Made by a program: the position numbers and the translations under genes
Notes under the pieces: model-generated
What the model saw: only the letters and a program-made list of their open reading frames with translations
What the model was told of the DNA's origin: nothing
The model's database searches: none
Part shown: in pieces, positions 17,801 through 36,206 of the stretch
Layout: every line of letters begins with the position of its first letter
Position numbering within the stretch: position 1 is the first letter of the stretch
NCBI GenBank assembly: GCA_964016885.1
Contig: CAXHJY010000349.1
Location: 1-64,000 of the forward strand
Length of the DNA stretch: 64,000 bases
Origin: Eledone cirrhosa
Taxonomy: Eukaryota
Direction: 5' to 3'

Positions 17801-18285
17801 TAATTTCGTTTCGTTATTTGTTTTTATCGTCTCCGTTGAACCGGTACGTACTCACGCTCTATGCAAATTAGTCAACCCACTACTAATTTTCATAGAAAAG
17901 CATATAACGATATGTGCTTTTACGATTCTCTAGAAAGGCCGGAAGATAGGTAAATATTGCTGATGAGATGTAACAACATCGAAACTAGTCCAATATTCCT
18001 TGTCTGGCTTTCTGAAGAATAGAGGAAAGGTGTTTCCTCAAAAACCAGTATGACTCTAAAAACCGGTTTGTCTGTATGTTTACATACAGAATAGCTGGAC
18101 ACTCACAGTAAAGTGACCAGTGAAAAACTCGGTACATCTACATATGTACACGTGTGTGTATTCATATGCATACTAGTATTTCAGTATACATATGTGGATG
18201 TACATTTTTAACTTAATTGTTTAAGCGTCAGTCATACAAAAGTGAGTTACAAACGAAACGAAATTTAATTTCGTTTCGTTATTTG

Positions 18286-18290
<5 letters not shown>
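17801..18290 (+). mobile_element. Monomer-plus copy of the 469-bp HHR unit, in (TA)n
   Basis: TAATTTCGTTTCGTTATTTGTTTTT at both 17801 and 18266; HHR at 17953-17997. Confidence 0.8.
17953..17997 (+). ncRNA. Minimal type I HHR, GUC site, palindromic ACTAGT stem III
   Basis: AATATTG-CTGATGA-GATGT(AACA)ACATC-GAA-ACTAGT-C-CAATATT: 7-bp stem I, 5-bp stem II. Copies at 63108-63152(-, core CTTATGA) and 63577-63621(-). Confidence 0.92.
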
Positions 18291-20767
<2,477 letters not shown>

Positions 20768-20772
<5 letters not shown>

Positions 20773-21893
20773 GTTCTCTGGTTACAATCAGAGATAAAAT
20801 GAGAGTATATAGAGGAGCCAGAACCAAATGTGAAAAAATGGTAAATAATGATACAAATGGCACCTGCCCCTTGTATAGGAGCAAAGTTTGGAATAGAATC
20901 GAAAGAACTAGGAATAAGATTAATAGAATAAACTCATGGCATGATAGCAATAAATACCAGCGTGTAATGTTCATCGATACAACCCCAAGAGGTGAATTAG
21001 CTTACAAATTTAGAAGGGCCCTAGATAAACATAAACTCAATATTAAGATAGTAGAAAGACCAGGTACCTCCATAAAAACACTTATTAGCAATAAATACCC
21101 TTTTCAAAGACCTCCCTGTATAGATAAGAAATGTATAATCTGTAAATTAAGCCCCCATATTAACTATAAAACTAGAAATGTAGTATATAGCATAAGATGT
21201 ACTGAAGGACAATGTAGAGATAAGAATATAGTGTACATAGGTGAGACAGTTCGTAGTATAGGGGAACGGATATATGAACACTGGCGAGAGCTTCAAGATA
21301 GTAAAGGATCATCTTTACTCCACCAAAATGCTAAAATAGAACATAAGGGTAAAGTAGAGAACATAGAAATAAAAAATAGAATCTACACTCAGAAAAGACG
21401 CAATGTTTAGACAAATCACAGAGGCAATAAACATAAATGAACTCCAACCAAAATTAAATAGAAAACATGAATGGAACAGCAACATCACAATTTACAATTA
21501 AGGACAAACTGAAAACACACACACACATAGAACAAACAACCAACCAGTAACATGTAAATAAACAAATAAATAAACGAATATAAACACACACAGACACCCG
21601 GATGTAACACATGCGCAAACTAAGCACACAAGACACACACAGAAACAAGATGGCGTAGGACAGAACAAAGGAGAGGCACAAAAACAAAGAAAAGAATCCC
21701 CAGTCACTGAAGAGGTCACAGAATGTGTGACGAAATAACTTTGACAATATATGAACAATCATCTGGTTGTGGAACCAACCAACCAACCGGAAATTTATAA
21801 ATTCCTAAATTTATAAATTTAATTTATAATAAATTGAAGTGAAAGCAACTGGTGCGTGTGTTTCTTATTGGCAACATGACCCTCCCAAAGTAT

Positions 21894-21900
<7 letters not shown>
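20768..21900 (+). mobile_element. 5'-truncated Neptune-like PLE (GIY-YIG part + family B pLTR) inside (TA)n
   Basis: ORF 20703-21410 is a diverged copy of 54311-55045 (VVYSIRC...YIGETVRS) with frameshifts; flanked by TA tracts. Confidence 0.88.
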
Positions 21901-21936
<36 letters not shown>

Positions 21937-21954
21937 GTATATATATATATATAT

Positions 21955-22135
21955 AATTGTTTCTACGTTAGGCACAAGGCCAGCAATTACCCAGTGCATT
22001 ACTGGTACTTTATTTTATCGACCCCGTAAGGATGAAAGGCAAAGTCAACCTCGGCGGGATTTGAACTCAGATCGTAAAGGGACGTAACTATGCTGGAAAG
22101 CATGGCGTCCGACCCTCTACCGATACTGCCAATCC
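21955..22135 (-). mobile_element. SINE copy (same family as 2060-2250)
   Basis: Reverse-complement match to 2060-2250. Confidence 0.88.
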
Positions 22136-22296
22136 ACATGTTGAAAAGAGAGTCTATGGCTCCATTAATCTATCGTGATATATACATAGGCAAACATATC
22201 AATAAGTTATTTTTATACAACTATTTTTCCATTCATTAAATTACTTTATATCTCTAAATTTGACTGATTCTCTCTCTCCCCTCTCTTCTCGCTTTG

Positions 22297-22354
<58 letters not shown>

Positions 22355-23076
22355 CATACCGTATTTTGCAGCTTCTAAGACGGTTCAATTGACGCGACAT
22401 ACCATAAAATTAGCAATGTATATTTTGGAAGAGAAATCAAACTTTTTCACGATTCATGATTATATTGTCAAAGATCTATTTTGTAAAAACATCTAATCCA
22501 AATTAGATATGTTTTAGAAATGGTGTGGTGGTAGGGGCTTGTGCGGCTTCTTTCCCTGTGGTTTGATATATTCAACTACTAGTAGCTTTTATCTGTATAT
22601 CTGTCTCTGTGATTGTAAATTAGATGTCCGGCAACGTAATGTCGCATTATATTTCACATTATTCCAGTCCACTCAGCTGGCATAAATAAGTTGAAAATAT
22701 AATTCAAAGGCTGACCGTGTCACACACAGTCATACTGAATCCCCATTGGTATACATGTTAAGAGAACATGTGTGAGTGGAATGCCCAGAGCGCAAATCGA
22801 AAGTTCTATCGACTCAACCATTCATCGTCTTATGTTGTTGACATTCTAATTGTTAACATTCAGAGTTAAGAATGTTCGACAGTTTACATCATCAGACCAT
22901 ACACTTTTAATTGTCCGCGATAAAAAAATGTTCAGCTTCTACTACCATCACCCTCTCTCTTTCTGTCTCTTTCTATCACACACACACACACACACACACT
23001 TAACATCGTATGTATGTAAAATCTATTACACCATGGAGTTAAAAACATTTCGGCTTTTCAACTCATTATCACTCAC

Positions 23077-23176
23077 CTTTATAGACACACTCTTACTGTC
23101 CTGTTTACAGCCTGATGGAGTTGTAGGGCCACTGTAGGGCACTTTAAACTTGGCGGAGCCCGTCCACTACCCATAG
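23077..23176 (-). other. Possible isolated host exon
   Basis: Minus strand: (CT)n..TTTCTGTCCAG acceptor, GC-richer 100 nt, AAG|GTGAGT donor. An open frame exists only if the downstream TAG acceptor is used (90 nt, WTGSAKFKVPYSGPTTPSGCKQDSKSVSIK). Confidence 0.3.
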
Positions 23177-23182
23177 CTGGAC

Positions 23183-23187
<5 letters not shown>

Positions 23188-23262
<75 letters not shown>
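23188..23262. repeat. (GA)n microsatellite
   Basis: Pure AG run; (CA)n tracts also occur at 25255-25330, 33344-33425 and 42970-43020. Confidence 0.97.
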
Positions 23263-23265
<3 letters not shown>

Positions 23266-24616
23266 CGATTGAGTACTGGACTGGTACTTTTTTATCGACC
23301 TCGAAAGGATGAAATGCAAAGTTAATTTTGGTAAATTATGAATTCAGAGTGCAAAGAGCCGGAACGAATATCGGAAAACATTCAACCCGACGTTCTAATG
23401 AATCTAAAAATCCACCGCCTACACGAAATATAAAACAGCTTTAATATAATAGATATTTTATAATCGAGTCCGTTGCGCAAAGACGTATTCGAAAAGTGAA
23501 TTCATAAATATATTAATTTATTTAAAGAATATTTTCCTCTAGGAAGAGAAAAATATGCCTCTTTCCTTAAGGTACCAATCACAGATGTCTTTCAATCATT
23601 TATTTAGTGTTGAAATTTATCGACAAAAATAGATAGCCAGATTTGATTGTACATAATTCCAAGTATTATTAAGAATGAAGCTAAATCATCTCAAAATGGA
23701 AACATGAAATATATTGTAATCAAAATTAGAAACTGAATTACACATTTCAAAAGAATTATGTTTCATTCAACCCTTTCCTTGCCGTATTTTTAATGAAATA
23801 CACCACTTATGATTTTCAATTTTGAAAAATCAAGTATTTTAGAAAAGAAATTTGCAAAATTATCTTACATAACATTATGATGGAAGGTTTAAATTTAAAT
23901 AAGAACGCTTTAAAACATATGCTTTGTATCGTAGAACAGGCAGTTGTTTATCAAATGATTTAAATTACAAAATGATTTAAATTACAAAATGATTTCAATT
24001 ACAAAAGGAATTAAATTAAAGGAATTAAATTAAAACCACTGCAAAATGCTAATATAGATTTTGAGAAAAAAAAATGTACAAACGCTTTTTTTTTCGATGA
24101 CAACATGACATTAATATGTAATTCAAATATCTATATTAGATTCCCACGCCAGATGTTTCTTGATGCAGACAATTCATTAGCAATGAACGTTCATTAAGAC
24201 AGTTTATAATGAATGTTATCATTCACTCATTTGTTATTAAGCAAAATACTGAAAGCACAAAAGCTGTATCAAAGTATTGGAGATATCAATTTTATATCGA
24301 AAATATTGTAAATAAAACAGTTTAGGAAAAAAACACAAACAAACTTATCCAGCAGGTGTTTGAGAATAATACAAGATTGTTACGTATTTTTAGTCAATCT
24401 ATCAAACAAATTACTTTGTCTACTTATTTACAGATATGATTAACGACACTTTTTCAACCAGCTGGAGAGCGTTAAATATCTCTTGTTCAACAATACACAA
24501 TCGGTTGAAATAGAAACAAGCAGATACTAAACCACTAAACTAGAAAAATATAAACCTATTTGCGAAGATAGCTTCCTTAGAATATTTCTAGATTAGAAAA
24601 TGGGGAGAATAAGCTA

Positions 24617-24655
<39 letters not shown>

Positions 24656-25282
24656 TTATTCCGGGTTCAATCGGGGGTAACCACAGTAAGTAAGGTATTC
24701 AATACATAGCAGAGTGTTAATGTTTTAATATAGAAAAGCTTCTACAGGACTAGAACTGTTTCATTCATGAGAAATCATTAGGAAGCTGACTGTCCAAATA
24801 ATTGTGGTGGTATTTATATCTTTTCTGGTGGTAGGAGAGGGTGGAGATTGGGTGGGTGGAAGTCATTGGTTGATGGATTTAAAGAAAAGGGAGTTCATTA
24901 AAAGCTAATTCTTTAAAGCTATAATTTATATTAACAAAGTCAGAAAGAATACTGTAAACAGGTTCAAATTGGAATACCAATCCTTGTTTATCTCGTAAAC
25001 TAACAATGCCAGGATGGGTGGGGTTCATTGGTTTAAAGAAAAGGGAAATTGTTTAGAAGCCAATTCTTTAAGGTTGAAATAAGGGTGACAAAGGCAGAAA
25101 GGGTTTTAAGTGTTGGGGTGCTTCCCCTTATTGTGACGTTTCTTTTAATTTATATTCCAGGTGTTAGCAAGCACATTCTCACACGCGCCCACTTACACAC
25201 GTACACACACACGCACACACAGGCAGGAACACACACAAAAACATACATATAAATACATACACACACACACACACATATAAAT

Positions 25283-25331
<49 letters not shown>

Positions 25332-26182
25332 TATATATATATATTTTCGAGACAGTGTGAGATTTTGTTTAGAACTGCTGGAATAACAACCTAGCAGCTG
25401 CCTCAAACACTGATGGTGATTATCGCTAAGTATTGATGTTGATTTGGTTATCAATATTAATATTATTGGGCACCCACTGAAGAATTATAAGAGCCCACTT
25501 GTATAAGTATCTGTTCATCTTATACAAGCTTCTACATAATTTGGTATAATTTCACCCAACTTGTAGAAATCTTATAATGAAACGAGTCGTCTGGGAAGAG
25601 ATATATTTGATATATCTCATATGAAATGATACAGCCAATTCTCCACACAATACAATATAGTTAGCACCCCGAACGTTTAAATATGAATATACTCAGATAT
25701 TTCCTAATGTTTGTTGAGTGAGTTGGAATTTGGCCGGAGTATCGCTATTAGCTTTCTCCGTTTATGTATATATATATAACATGTAAATAAACAAATAAAT
25801 AAACGAATATAAACACACACAGACACCCGGATGTGGCGCATGCGCAGACTGAGCACACAACACACACACATAAACAAGATGGCGTAGGACAGAACAAAGG
25901 AGAGGCACACAAACAAAGAAAAGAATCCCCAGTGACTGAAGAGGTCACAGAATGTGTGACGAAAGAACTTTGACAATATATAAACAACCATCTGGTTGTG
26001 GAACCAACCAACCAACCGGAAATTTATAAATTCCTAAATTTATAAATTTATTATAATAAATTGAAGTGAAAGCAACTGGTGCGTGTGTTTCTTATTGGCA
26101 ACATGACCCTCCCAAAGTATAACAATATCGGTTTCAACACACGTTTTCAGATAAAGAATATTGCTAAACAAATTCAGAAACG

Positions 26183-26248
<66 letters not shown>

Positions 26249-26398
26249 ATACTTTGGGAGGGTCATGTTGCCAATAAGAAACACACGCACCAGTTGCTTT
26301 CACTTCAATTTATTATATATTTATAAATTTATAAATTTACAAATTTATAAATTTCTGGTTGGTTGGTTGGTTCCACAACCAGATAGTTGTTTATATAT

Positions 26399-26443
26399 AG
26401 TCATAGTTCTTTCGTCACACACTCTGTGACCTCTTCAGTGACT
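26399..26443 (-). ncRNA. HHR-like motif of the family B pLTR
   Basis: AGTCA-CTGAAGA-G-GTCACA(GAGTG)TGTGAC-GAA-A(GAAC)TA-TGACT. Copies at 21703-21745(+), 25931-25974(+), 54068-54110(-), about 41167-41209(-). Confidence 0.7.
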
Positions 26444-26816
26444 GGGGATTCCTTTCTTTGTTTCTGTGCCTCTCCTTTGTTCTGTCCTACGCCATTTTGT
26501 TTCTGTGTGTGTGTTGTGTGCTCAGTCTGCGCATGCGCCACATCCGGGTGTCTGTGTGTGTTTATGTTCATTTATTTATTTGTTTATTTACATGTTACTC
26601 TAATCAGAGCAAAAATCATGAGCATTCTATCTCAAAATTATTTTTGAAAAGCATAAGAAATGCGCAACTGGTAAAAACTTAAAACTAAAACTGAATACTA
26701 ACTAATACTTACTAATTTATACTTATTCCTAATGAAACTATTTTTCACTTGGAAAAATTTGTGAGCATTTTCTTTTCCTCTTTACGAATATATCACAACT
26801 CGTGTGTCACACCTCT

Positions 26817-28060
<1,244 letters not shown>

Positions 28061-28330
28061 AACCTTCCTCTCTAAATATATATGTAAAAACTAAAAAAAA
28101 TCTTTTCTCCATTTTATTATTAGGCGTATAAATATGCAATTTATCTGCACTATTCACTTCGGTCGTTGAAAAAAACATATAAAGCTGAAATCGGTACACG
28201 ATTAAATGCGGAAATCCCTACTTTATAAATAAATGTTTTGATATGATACTGAAAAAATCCCTCCAGCATTTTTTACTGTATTCTTTTTCCTTTTTACGAT
28301 TTGTTTACTCGTGTGTCACTTTTCTACATT

Positions 28331-28381
<51 letters not shown>

Positions 28382-28382
<1 letters not shown>

Positions 28383-30008
28383 TAGCAGATTTACCCGGCG
28401 TTGCTCGGGGTTTGAAATTATGCTAAGAATATGCAGCTAGGAAGTAAAAGAAGAACATTATTTGTCCCCAACCTGTCAAAATAAGCAGAAGTCTTCAATA
28501 ATTAATGCAAACGAATATTTAGTGCAATCTTTGTACGCATAAAACTATGCTGATAATGAAGGAAAACACTGAACAGGATGTAGTTATACAAATGATTAAC
28601 GACAATACACGTTGCAAATCTGTAAAAAAACAGGCAGTTTTGCTAAAGTACAAAAAGTTGTAATGAAAGCAGAGTTGTATACAAACAAAAAAAAACAATG
28701 AGAGTAGAATAAGAGAAAATCTATTCTTTGAGAGCATCCTTTGCTGTGTATGGTTAAATTTTGAACTTATAATCCAAAATATCCTGCATGACATATTCAT
28801 TGGTATGTTTTGTAATGAGAAAGGTGAAGTCAAGGCAGAGCTGTAATAAGTTTTTTGTTAACACTAAAGCACTTCAGGATAGACGATATTCTTCGTTTTT
28901 CTTTTCGGAACAAACGCAAAGAGATTATCTCGACTGCCAACTCGTGAGCAGGCAACGTAGAATTGTCCGTGCGAAAAGCAAGGTTCATCCAAGTGAATTC
29001 CCTCGACGGACAGAGTTTGACCTTGCGACTTGTTTATGGACATCGCAAAGGCAACACGAAGAGGAAATTGGGTTCGGCGAAAGGAGAAGGGAGTATCCAC
29101 GCCTGATGTAGTCAGGCTAATTTTTGTTATTATCACATCCTCACCTTTTCCACACCCGGATAGAATGGTAGCGTCAATACTAAGTGGAGACAGTTTTTTA
29201 ACCACAAGGCGGATAGTTTTGGAGGAGTGAACGAAACTACTTTAAAAATATAAAAGCTGTTGGTCCCAATGGTTTGAATGGAAAGTCCCATAAGGATTGT
29301 TCTAAAAATAAACAAACCATCATCAAAATCTCGTCAATTCGAGACTGCTGCGAGATTAGGCCCTTACCACGAAAATTAACACTTAATATAGTGAAACAAG
29401 TTAAAACAACAAGTGTTTTTTTTAACTTTAAAAGTGCAACAATTTTTTTTTTGTATCAACATGGCTTATGAAAATTTTAAAAATGTAAAAGTTGTAGGTC
29501 CCAATGTTTTGAATGGAAAGTCCCATAACGATTGTTCTAAAAATAAACAAACCATCATCAAAATCTCGTCAATTCGAGACTGCTGCGAGATTAGGTCCTT
29601 AACGCGAAAATTAACACTTAATATAGTGAAATAAGTTAAAACAACAAGTATTTTTTTAACTTTGAAAGTGCAACAAAGAATAAACAAAAAACAGGATAAT
29701 ATTAGTGATTTATCTTCAAATGAATCTGTTTATATTTCTGAAAAGTTGGTTATCTCCCTTTTTTATAAGGATTTTCAATAAAGTTGGTTATCTCCCTTAC
29801 ATCAATTTTGCTACCGATAATTTTGATATCGATTTTTTTTATTGCTCAACGGGGGTCGATTTTAAAACTTTTTGTGATGTGACCATCGTAGCGACCTGTG
29901 CAACGTGCACAGACAATTTGGTCAAATTCGGTTGGTAATTGTAAAAGCCTTAGGTATCCAAAGTTGTACACAGACACACACACATCCTCGCTTTTATATA
30001 TATAAAGA
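28382..30008 (-). mobile_element. Non-autonomous Helitron carrying a PIF1-type helicase C-terminal fragment
   Basis: 5' TC at 30008-30007 after A; 3' hairpin CCCGAGCAACGCCGGG then CTAG followed by T (28381). ORF 28864-29205: QFPLRVAFAMSINKSQGQTL..FSHGQFYVACSRV..TKNIVYPEVL. Internal about 235-bp tandem repeat at 29250-29680. Confidence 0.92.
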
Positions 30009-30014
30009 TAAAAG

Positions 30015-30272
30015 TCAGCTCAAAAGTGACACAGAGAAGATTGAGGTTAGCTGAACATGCTCACCGACATCCAGAGCTGACACTGCACTCAGTGCTCCTG
30101 TTGGAGCCCCTGCATGGACACACTGGAAGAGGAAAACCAAGGTTAACATATGTTGATGCCCTAAGGACAGACTCTGGTCTCTTGGAGAAACAGGACATGG
30201 CGGCGATGATGGGGGACAGAGACCGCTGGAGAGAACTCGTCCATGGATCTCGGGAATTTTACACGCCCTAGA
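30015..30272 (+). mobile_element. 3' end of an RTE-like LINE
   Basis: RLRLAEHAHRHPE...GRGKPRLTYVDALRTDSGL...DRDRWR; same family as 11152-11484. Confidence 0.75.
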
Positions 30273-30275
30273 GAG

Positions 30276-30407
<132 letters not shown>

Positions 30408-32727
30408 TGAGTTGCTATAACCGCTATTGTACTTAAAACATTCATATATTAAATTAAACGACCACATATTACATGTAAGCCGATAATAAAATGAAAATGT
30501 GTGCCGTTTCTACGAGCAGAGTTAAACTACTACCCCTCCTCACAAAAACCGATGTAACATTTCTTTTTCATTCACCAGGGTTTTCTAAGTACTGAATTAT
30601 TTATTGAGTTCAATTTAATCGGCTTTTGCCAATCTTAGAAAGTGAATTTTCTACGCTATTGATTTTAACAGCCGTGAAATCTATCATCTCATTCTAAGTA
30701 CTGTTTCGTGGTTAGTTTGAAAACGACTGTCAGTGCCAAAAATCTTTGAAAATCTTTCCAGACTGTTGAGGTCAATTCGGTAGGTTTGTTACTTGAATAG
30801 TTCTGATAATAAAGGTTCAATTGAAGTTTGAAATAAACTAGGAAGGAAAGGAGCAAAAACGTGGTAATCAGCTGAGATTCTGATGTGGTAGTGCATCCCT
30901 TGGAAGTTTAGAGAAACAGGAATAATTATAGAGTGTGACAAAGATGGCCCTTTGAATTACAGGTACAACCCATATTTACCAGCTGAGCGGAATGGAACAA
31001 TGCCTAATAACATGTCTAGCTAAAGGGTACAACTCGCTGCTTGGATTGGAACTCACAACTTTACCATCGTGAGCCTAATACCCTAATCACAAAGCCAGAA
31101 GTAAATAAAGGATAGAACTAGATTTTGGCATTTTACGAAAGTTGATTGGTACTTCATTGATTCATCCATGTGTGGATGTCGTCTGCTATATAAGCGTTCG
31201 TTTCAATTACATTCATTTACTTATTATCATCATGTTTGAAGGTAGCATGACCTAACGATTAAGCTGTTCGCTTCATTATCATTTGTTCCTGGGTCCAATC
31301 CCACAGCATCGCATCTTGGGTAAATATCATTTACCATAGCTTTGGATAGTCACGCTGATTATCAATGAGAATTACAATATGAGTAAGTGTTACGTTTCTG
31401 TGAAATGTTTAGCCACTTTCACGTTAATTTCACGAGCAGCCTGTTCTGTTGACCGACAAACAGGAACGCTCATCGTTGAAGCCGAAGGAGATCCATTTTA
31501 TTATTACACTGTACAGAAAATTTAATTTTGTTTGTAAATATTTTATGAACAGATATTAATTTATAATTTAAGCGCAAGACCATAAAACAGGGAAAGTTGA
31601 TTAAATCAAGTCTAATTATTGACTGGTACTTTATTTTATCGACCCCGGAAGGATGAAACGCTAAGGTAATCTTGACGGGATTTGAAATTAGAATGTAAAG
31701 ATTCAGAACAAATATCGCAATGGCATTTTATCGACGCTCTATCAATTCTGCAAATCAATGGTTTCGTTAGTGAATGCCTCCGATGATCGACCAAGTGGCT
31801 TAGCATTCCATAGACATGTGTACTATTAACGTAATTCTCGGGGTTATTTAACGTGACGCAGTTTGACAAAGCTTGTTCTTTGAATTACAAGTACAGCCTA
31901 TCCAACATGCTTCCAAATTGTTACAATCAGTTACAAGGCATGGATCATCCGGAAATCAGCAAGGGGGACGCAATGGGATCGAACCCGGAGACTAAGGATT
32001 CCAAAGTGAACTCAAACATTTGCTCATGCTGCGTTTACTGTATATAGCAGTGATGAAATTAAACATTGGGTTTTCTGAATTTGTTTTTAGTGTATAGTGA
32101 GGGGAGTGAGGTTCATTACGGTTTTCAGTGTTTCCGAGACGGATGGGAAGAAGGGAAGAAAGTATCCTGAAACTGGAGATCTAGCTTGAATACTTGCAAC
32201 AGAGTCGCTAAATCCACCCAAGGGCCACGTAATGGTATTCAACCTGAGGACGAATTAAGTCTACCATACAGAAAAGTACTAAGTACGTCTAAACTATTTA
32301 TTCTAATTTTGTTTATATAGAGTAAAGGATAATATTTAAGAAATAATTTGGAAAGACATATTTCAAATAAGATAAAGCATTTATATTCCGGGAATAAAAT
32401 CTACTTGTCAAAAGATATAAAATCTACTAGTCAAAACTATAGCACCCTCCTATGTGAAGAATTATTTGAAGAGATAATTGGTAAGTCAATCTAGTATCAA
32501 AGATTTGTCAGCACGTTATTTAAATCAATGTAATTACCTCCGATCTTAAGTATAATAATTAAATCCTTTATATCAGGGCAGTAAGTTTGATACTAATTTC
32601 GTTTCTTTTCCTGTTTACATTTGGTTGGAAATCAACCTTGAGGTTTTTATTGATAATTGTTGCAGTAGTTCCTTATTTCTCTTGTGAAATAAATTATCGT
32701 TATATCTCATTCCTTAACCTTGAGTAC

Positions 32728-32900
32728 CAGTGGCGGATTAAGGAGTGTGTTGATTGAGTTGTAGCCAAGGGCCCGCAATATTTATTTCGTTTTTGCTATT
32801 ATGAATAATGTATTAAAATCAGTTTGATTCAAAGGGTTCTATGTAATTTTCAGCCATGTGCCCCCATGTGATTTTCAGCCATGTGCTTAATTCACCCCTG
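32728..32900. mobile_element. Degenerate hAT-like MITE
   Basis: TIRs CAGTGGCGGATTAAG / CTTAATTCACCCCTG; no clear TSD. Confidence 0.5.
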
Positions 32901-33340
32901 TGTGAGATGTCTAAATCAGTATCTGATTTACAGGAACAAATAAAGAAAAATAACGAATATAGTAAAATAACGAATCAGAAATATGTAAAAAGAAAACTCT
33001 TGCTTCTCAAATGAGATTTTACATTGTAAGAAAATTATCAGCTTTTCATAAGGAATAGTTCATAATCTTGGTTAGCAACCGTTTTAATAACCTAACGATA
33101 TGTGTATTACTTGTCAAAAAAACCATCATTCACATATTTTATGAGATTGACAAACTTCCTTGCTAAGTAACTGAATTTATTGTGCGTCACATTTGCTAAG
33201 AAACCATGGTGAAACATGCTCCCAAACAGTAGACAGATTCAGAAGCAAGCAAACGCAGGCACAACATCCACCCATATATAAATATATAATAGTAATAAAA
33301 TATGTTGTTTTTGTTAAATCATGAAACCTGACGGGATAAA

Positions 33341-33426
<86 letters not shown>

Positions 33427-34329
33427 CATTATCATCATCATCCTGGTCTTGTGCCTATAGTAGAAATCATTATCATCATCATCATCATTATTATTATTAT
33501 CAAAGAGAACAGAGAGGAAAAGGTAGCACCTAAATTGTTAAAAAATGTTCTCTATCGAAGATTGCCTTTTATGTATTTATGACAATCGAAAGAAAGATCA
33601 GAATAAGAAATTTACGAGAAAATGAAATAAACAACATTTGTTCTAGAATGACAATTATTCTTTACCAGCAACTAGAAATATAAGCTGGGAGTGAGTTGAG
33701 GAGAAAATATTCTTAAATCTATCGAAATTGAAATAGAATCATGAAACTATTCCTAAGAATGATTTATGGAGAGAAAGATGTACATATATTGCAATAAGAC
33801 GCAAATGATGCTTGATAAAATCCTTCTATGTTCATAGTTCCATAGATGAGGCTATTTATGAGATTGTGACAGTCGAAACGAACTGCCATTGATAGCTGCA
33901 ATTTGGCAAGGGTTTTAAGGTGTGGTTATAAACTTGGCTTTATATCAAGTTTCCTATGGCCCCACCCCAAGTGTACGGAATATATTTGACAAGAGTAAAG
34001 AATGGAAACCTGTTTTACTTACATGGTTTCGTTTACCACCATGGTTTACAAAATTTGCGCTGTATAGCAAGACTACAAAAATCTAACTGCCTTTAACATC
34101 ACTGGTGGATGAGTTTAAAGTAGCAAAAAACCACAGCTATATGATGCAAGAGATTTGGAGTATCCCATTGTTCGGGCAACCCAACCAAATGTGGTGAGAA
34201 GAAAATGGTGTGTGAAACATGCTGATAAGAGAGCAGAAACTATCCTTAAAAATGAATACTTTTTCTCTACGAAATATTTACAGCATATCCTAAAAGCATA
34301 TTATGCAGGCGAAAACAATCTCCCTACAC

Positions 34330-34523
34330 CAGACCTGTCAACTCTCCTCATCCGGCGGGGAGATGTCCCACCCGCTTTGGGGTGGGTGAGAGATGTCTTA
34401 TCTTGTAAAAATTGGTATAGCTTTCATTATGTAAAATCTCCCCATTTTACCACATTTCTCCCGTTTGGGGGCACTTTTTTTCATGGTACTCCCCATTTGG
34501 GTTTTTAGAGGTTGGCAGATCTG
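34330..34523. mobile_element. MITE (194 bp)
   Basis: Imperfect TIRs CAGACCTGTCAAC / GTTGGCAGATCTG, flanking direct repeat CTACAC; partial second copy at about 40507-40650(-). Confidence 0.7.
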
Positions 34524-36206
34524 CTACACACTTACTATAACACTATAAAGGTACACATTTTAACAGTTGCTCTGTGTTTGGAAACCATAACTAGAGATGA
34601 ACATAAGTAAAAAGGGATAAGGAATCCAAAATTTCTCGGAGCTACAACAATCAATATCCAAATATGCAGGTGATTGCAAATGTTACAGTGTTGCTTATAA
34701 CCATCCAGTAAATTACTCTAGTGGGTCACAAGAAATTCAAATGTTCGCTCACAATGTTTTCGAATTAAAAGAGGTGCCGGACCATTAGTTCCTGAAAATG
34801 AGTATTGTACCTGTATTAATTTATTATCTTGTTCGTAGTTTACTCCATACGCTGCGTTTCGAGTAACACGTTATTTTTTTTTCTGCTTCAAATATGTTAC
34901 TTCTTACACAGGGTTAAACAAATAATATAAGCCTATTAAAGTATATATTATTCTTCCTTAGTTTAAAATTAAAGTACATATTTTTGTCTGAGACTTACAG
35001 TTGTAGTCGTTATATCTTCGTCGGTTCCGATGACGCGTGGCTTACTGTTTACAGCTTGTTTAGGCTATTAATCCTCACTGGCACTAGCAGTAAATACATA
35101 AAATTTGGTCTCACGACGAGAAAAATATAGATAAATACTTATTTTATCGATTTTAGATTGATAAAATGCAAAAATCGATTAGGGCAGGAATTGACCCGAG
35201 AACGGCAAGTTACTGAAATCAATATAGTAAACATCAAAAATGATATTCTATTGTTTATGACATCACCACCACACTCATTAGTTGGAATGTTATGTTGTTG
35301 AAAGCTAAATAATAAAATCAGACAGTATTTGTTTTGCATACAGCTGTAACTTCTCATAAACGATCAGATATCATCTGCTGTTTCATTTGGAAGATGAAAA
35401 GCTCTCTGATAGCTTTGAATGTGTGTTTTATTAATTGTTTCTAATATAATATATTAGTGACAACATTCACCGGTTAAAAATATTTGAACGATATCTAACG
35501 AGATAAGGCAAACACAATCACAAAAGTAACATGAATAATAATTGATTTCTAACATAAATAATACGTCTGTCTCACATTGTCACAAGGCCAGCAATTTGGA
35601 GGAAAGGGAAAGTCAATTATATCAACACCATTACTTAACTAGTACTTTATTTTATCGACCCTAGAAGGGTGAAAGGTTAAGTTGACCTTGGCAGAATTTG
35701 AACTCAGAATTTAAAGAGCCATAACTATATACTCCAAAGCATTTTGTCCGATGCTTTCACGATTCTGCCAGCCACAAGATCCCCATATGTGTGTAACATA
35801 AACGAAATCGTAAGGGGTTACAAAATGTGTGGTGGACAAAATAAAGTTATATAAAAAGGAGGCGAAAGACCAGACACGTTATGCAATATATAATTAAACA
35901 TGTTAATATATATATATATTTATATATAGTAATAATAATAAATGTGAAGACCAAAATCCAAAGAGGGCTCGATACGGATAAATATATATCAAATATATAA
36001 GAACCCTAGAGCAAATATTTATTAAAATAACAGATTAAAGTTCAAGCAAAGAATCGCTGCTTTCACCCTTAACGGGACCCGTAAAGGGTGAAAGCAGAGA
36101 TTCTTTGCTTAAAGTTTAATGTGTTTTAATAAATAAATAAATAAATAAATATATATATATATATATATGTTGGTTGCATATCGTATTCCAAAACTGCCAT
36201 CAGTGT

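Noticed and set aside
34995-35070. Possible minus-strand micro-exon ending at GTAAGT
   Set aside because: No polypyrimidine tract at the acceptor and no recognisable peptide.
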